Origin: Raillietiella orientalis
Lineage: Eukaryota
DNA length: 64,000 nt
Direction of reading: 5' to 3'
Assembly (NCBI GenBank): GCA_036172245.1
Contig: JAYWIR010000021.1
Span: 124,001 to 188,000 of the forward strand
In this document: piece after piece, positions 63,765-64,000 of the stretch
Layout of the letters: every line of letters begins with the position of its first letter
How positions within the stretch are numbered: position 1 is the first letter of the stretch
The notes under the pieces: generated by a model
Seen by the model: only the letters and a program-made list of their open reading frames with translations
Databases searched by the model: none
Told to the model about the DNA's origin: nothing
Program-made: the position numbers and the translations under genes

Positions 63765-63957
63765 TCCTTCTTGCCGAAGGTTTCACCAGGAGCTCTGGAA
63801 TGGTTCCCGGTAGCCAGACGAGCTAACTGTTGGCCTATTGGTGGACTGCCAATTGGAGTGGGGCACTTGCGCAATAAGTGCCGCGTTGCTGGTCACTCTC
63901 ATGACTGAGCAGAGAACTGCGTCCACTGAGAAGTGCAGCAATATTTCCTCTTTTCAG
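63765..63957 (+). pseudogene. CUBN: Cubilin relic: CUB N-terminal half at window end
   Basis: SC..FTRSSGMV...VDCQ...LLVTL...EKCSN then donor gtaagt at ~63958; frameshifted. Confidence 0.45.
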
Positions 63958-64000
63958 TAAGTCCGACACGTTTTTTACATTGCACGCGGCACTGTCGCAC

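Larger units (their letters stand above)
33354..63957 (+). pseudogene. CUBN: Cubilin (EGF + CUB repeat receptor) unprocessed pseudogene, N-terminal part, probably continuing beyond the window
   Basis: At least 15 exon relics in cubilin order (EGFs, then successive CUB halves), several with AG/GT splice sites retained. Stops, frameshifts and lost cysteines are common. The best exons are listed separately. Confidence 0.85.

Noticed and set aside
1..64000. Prokaryotic operons, CRISPR arrays, rRNA genes or a defence system
   Set aside because: No dense gene packing, repeat-spacer arrays or rRNA-like tracts were seen; splice signals, LINEs and a NUMT indicate eukaryotic nuclear DNA.

Overview
Eukaryotic nuclear DNA from an invertebrate, probably an arthropod, judging by a mitochondrial insertion that reads in the invertebrate mitochondrial code. 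I could not support any intact long gene, and most ORF-track entries are chance or antisense frames. The window is mostly decayed genes and transposons. (1) A decayed, intron-containing cubilin (CUBN) pseudogene on + (~33.35-63.96 kb), with EGF and CUB exon relics still in canonical order. (2) A decayed, intron-containing integrin-linked kinase (ILK)-like pseudogene on + (~26.3-28.6 kb). (3) An intronless lipoyl synthase (LIAS) relic (~43.1-43.6 kb). (4) A composite NUMT of atp8-like and nad5 pieces (~51.5-52.1 kb). (5) Four 5'-truncated copies of one L1/Tx1-like LINE family that share an AATAAR + CCGG hairpin 3' end; two have an apparently identical ~590 bp core and one splits a CUB exon with a target-site duplication. 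(6) A well-preserved 3' end of an RLE (NeSL/Utopia-like) retrotransposon. (7) Relics of Ty3/Gypsy, Ginger-like, pogo/Tigger and other LINE elements. All homology calls come from manual translation and recalled family motifs; no database search was run, and relic boundaries are approximate.
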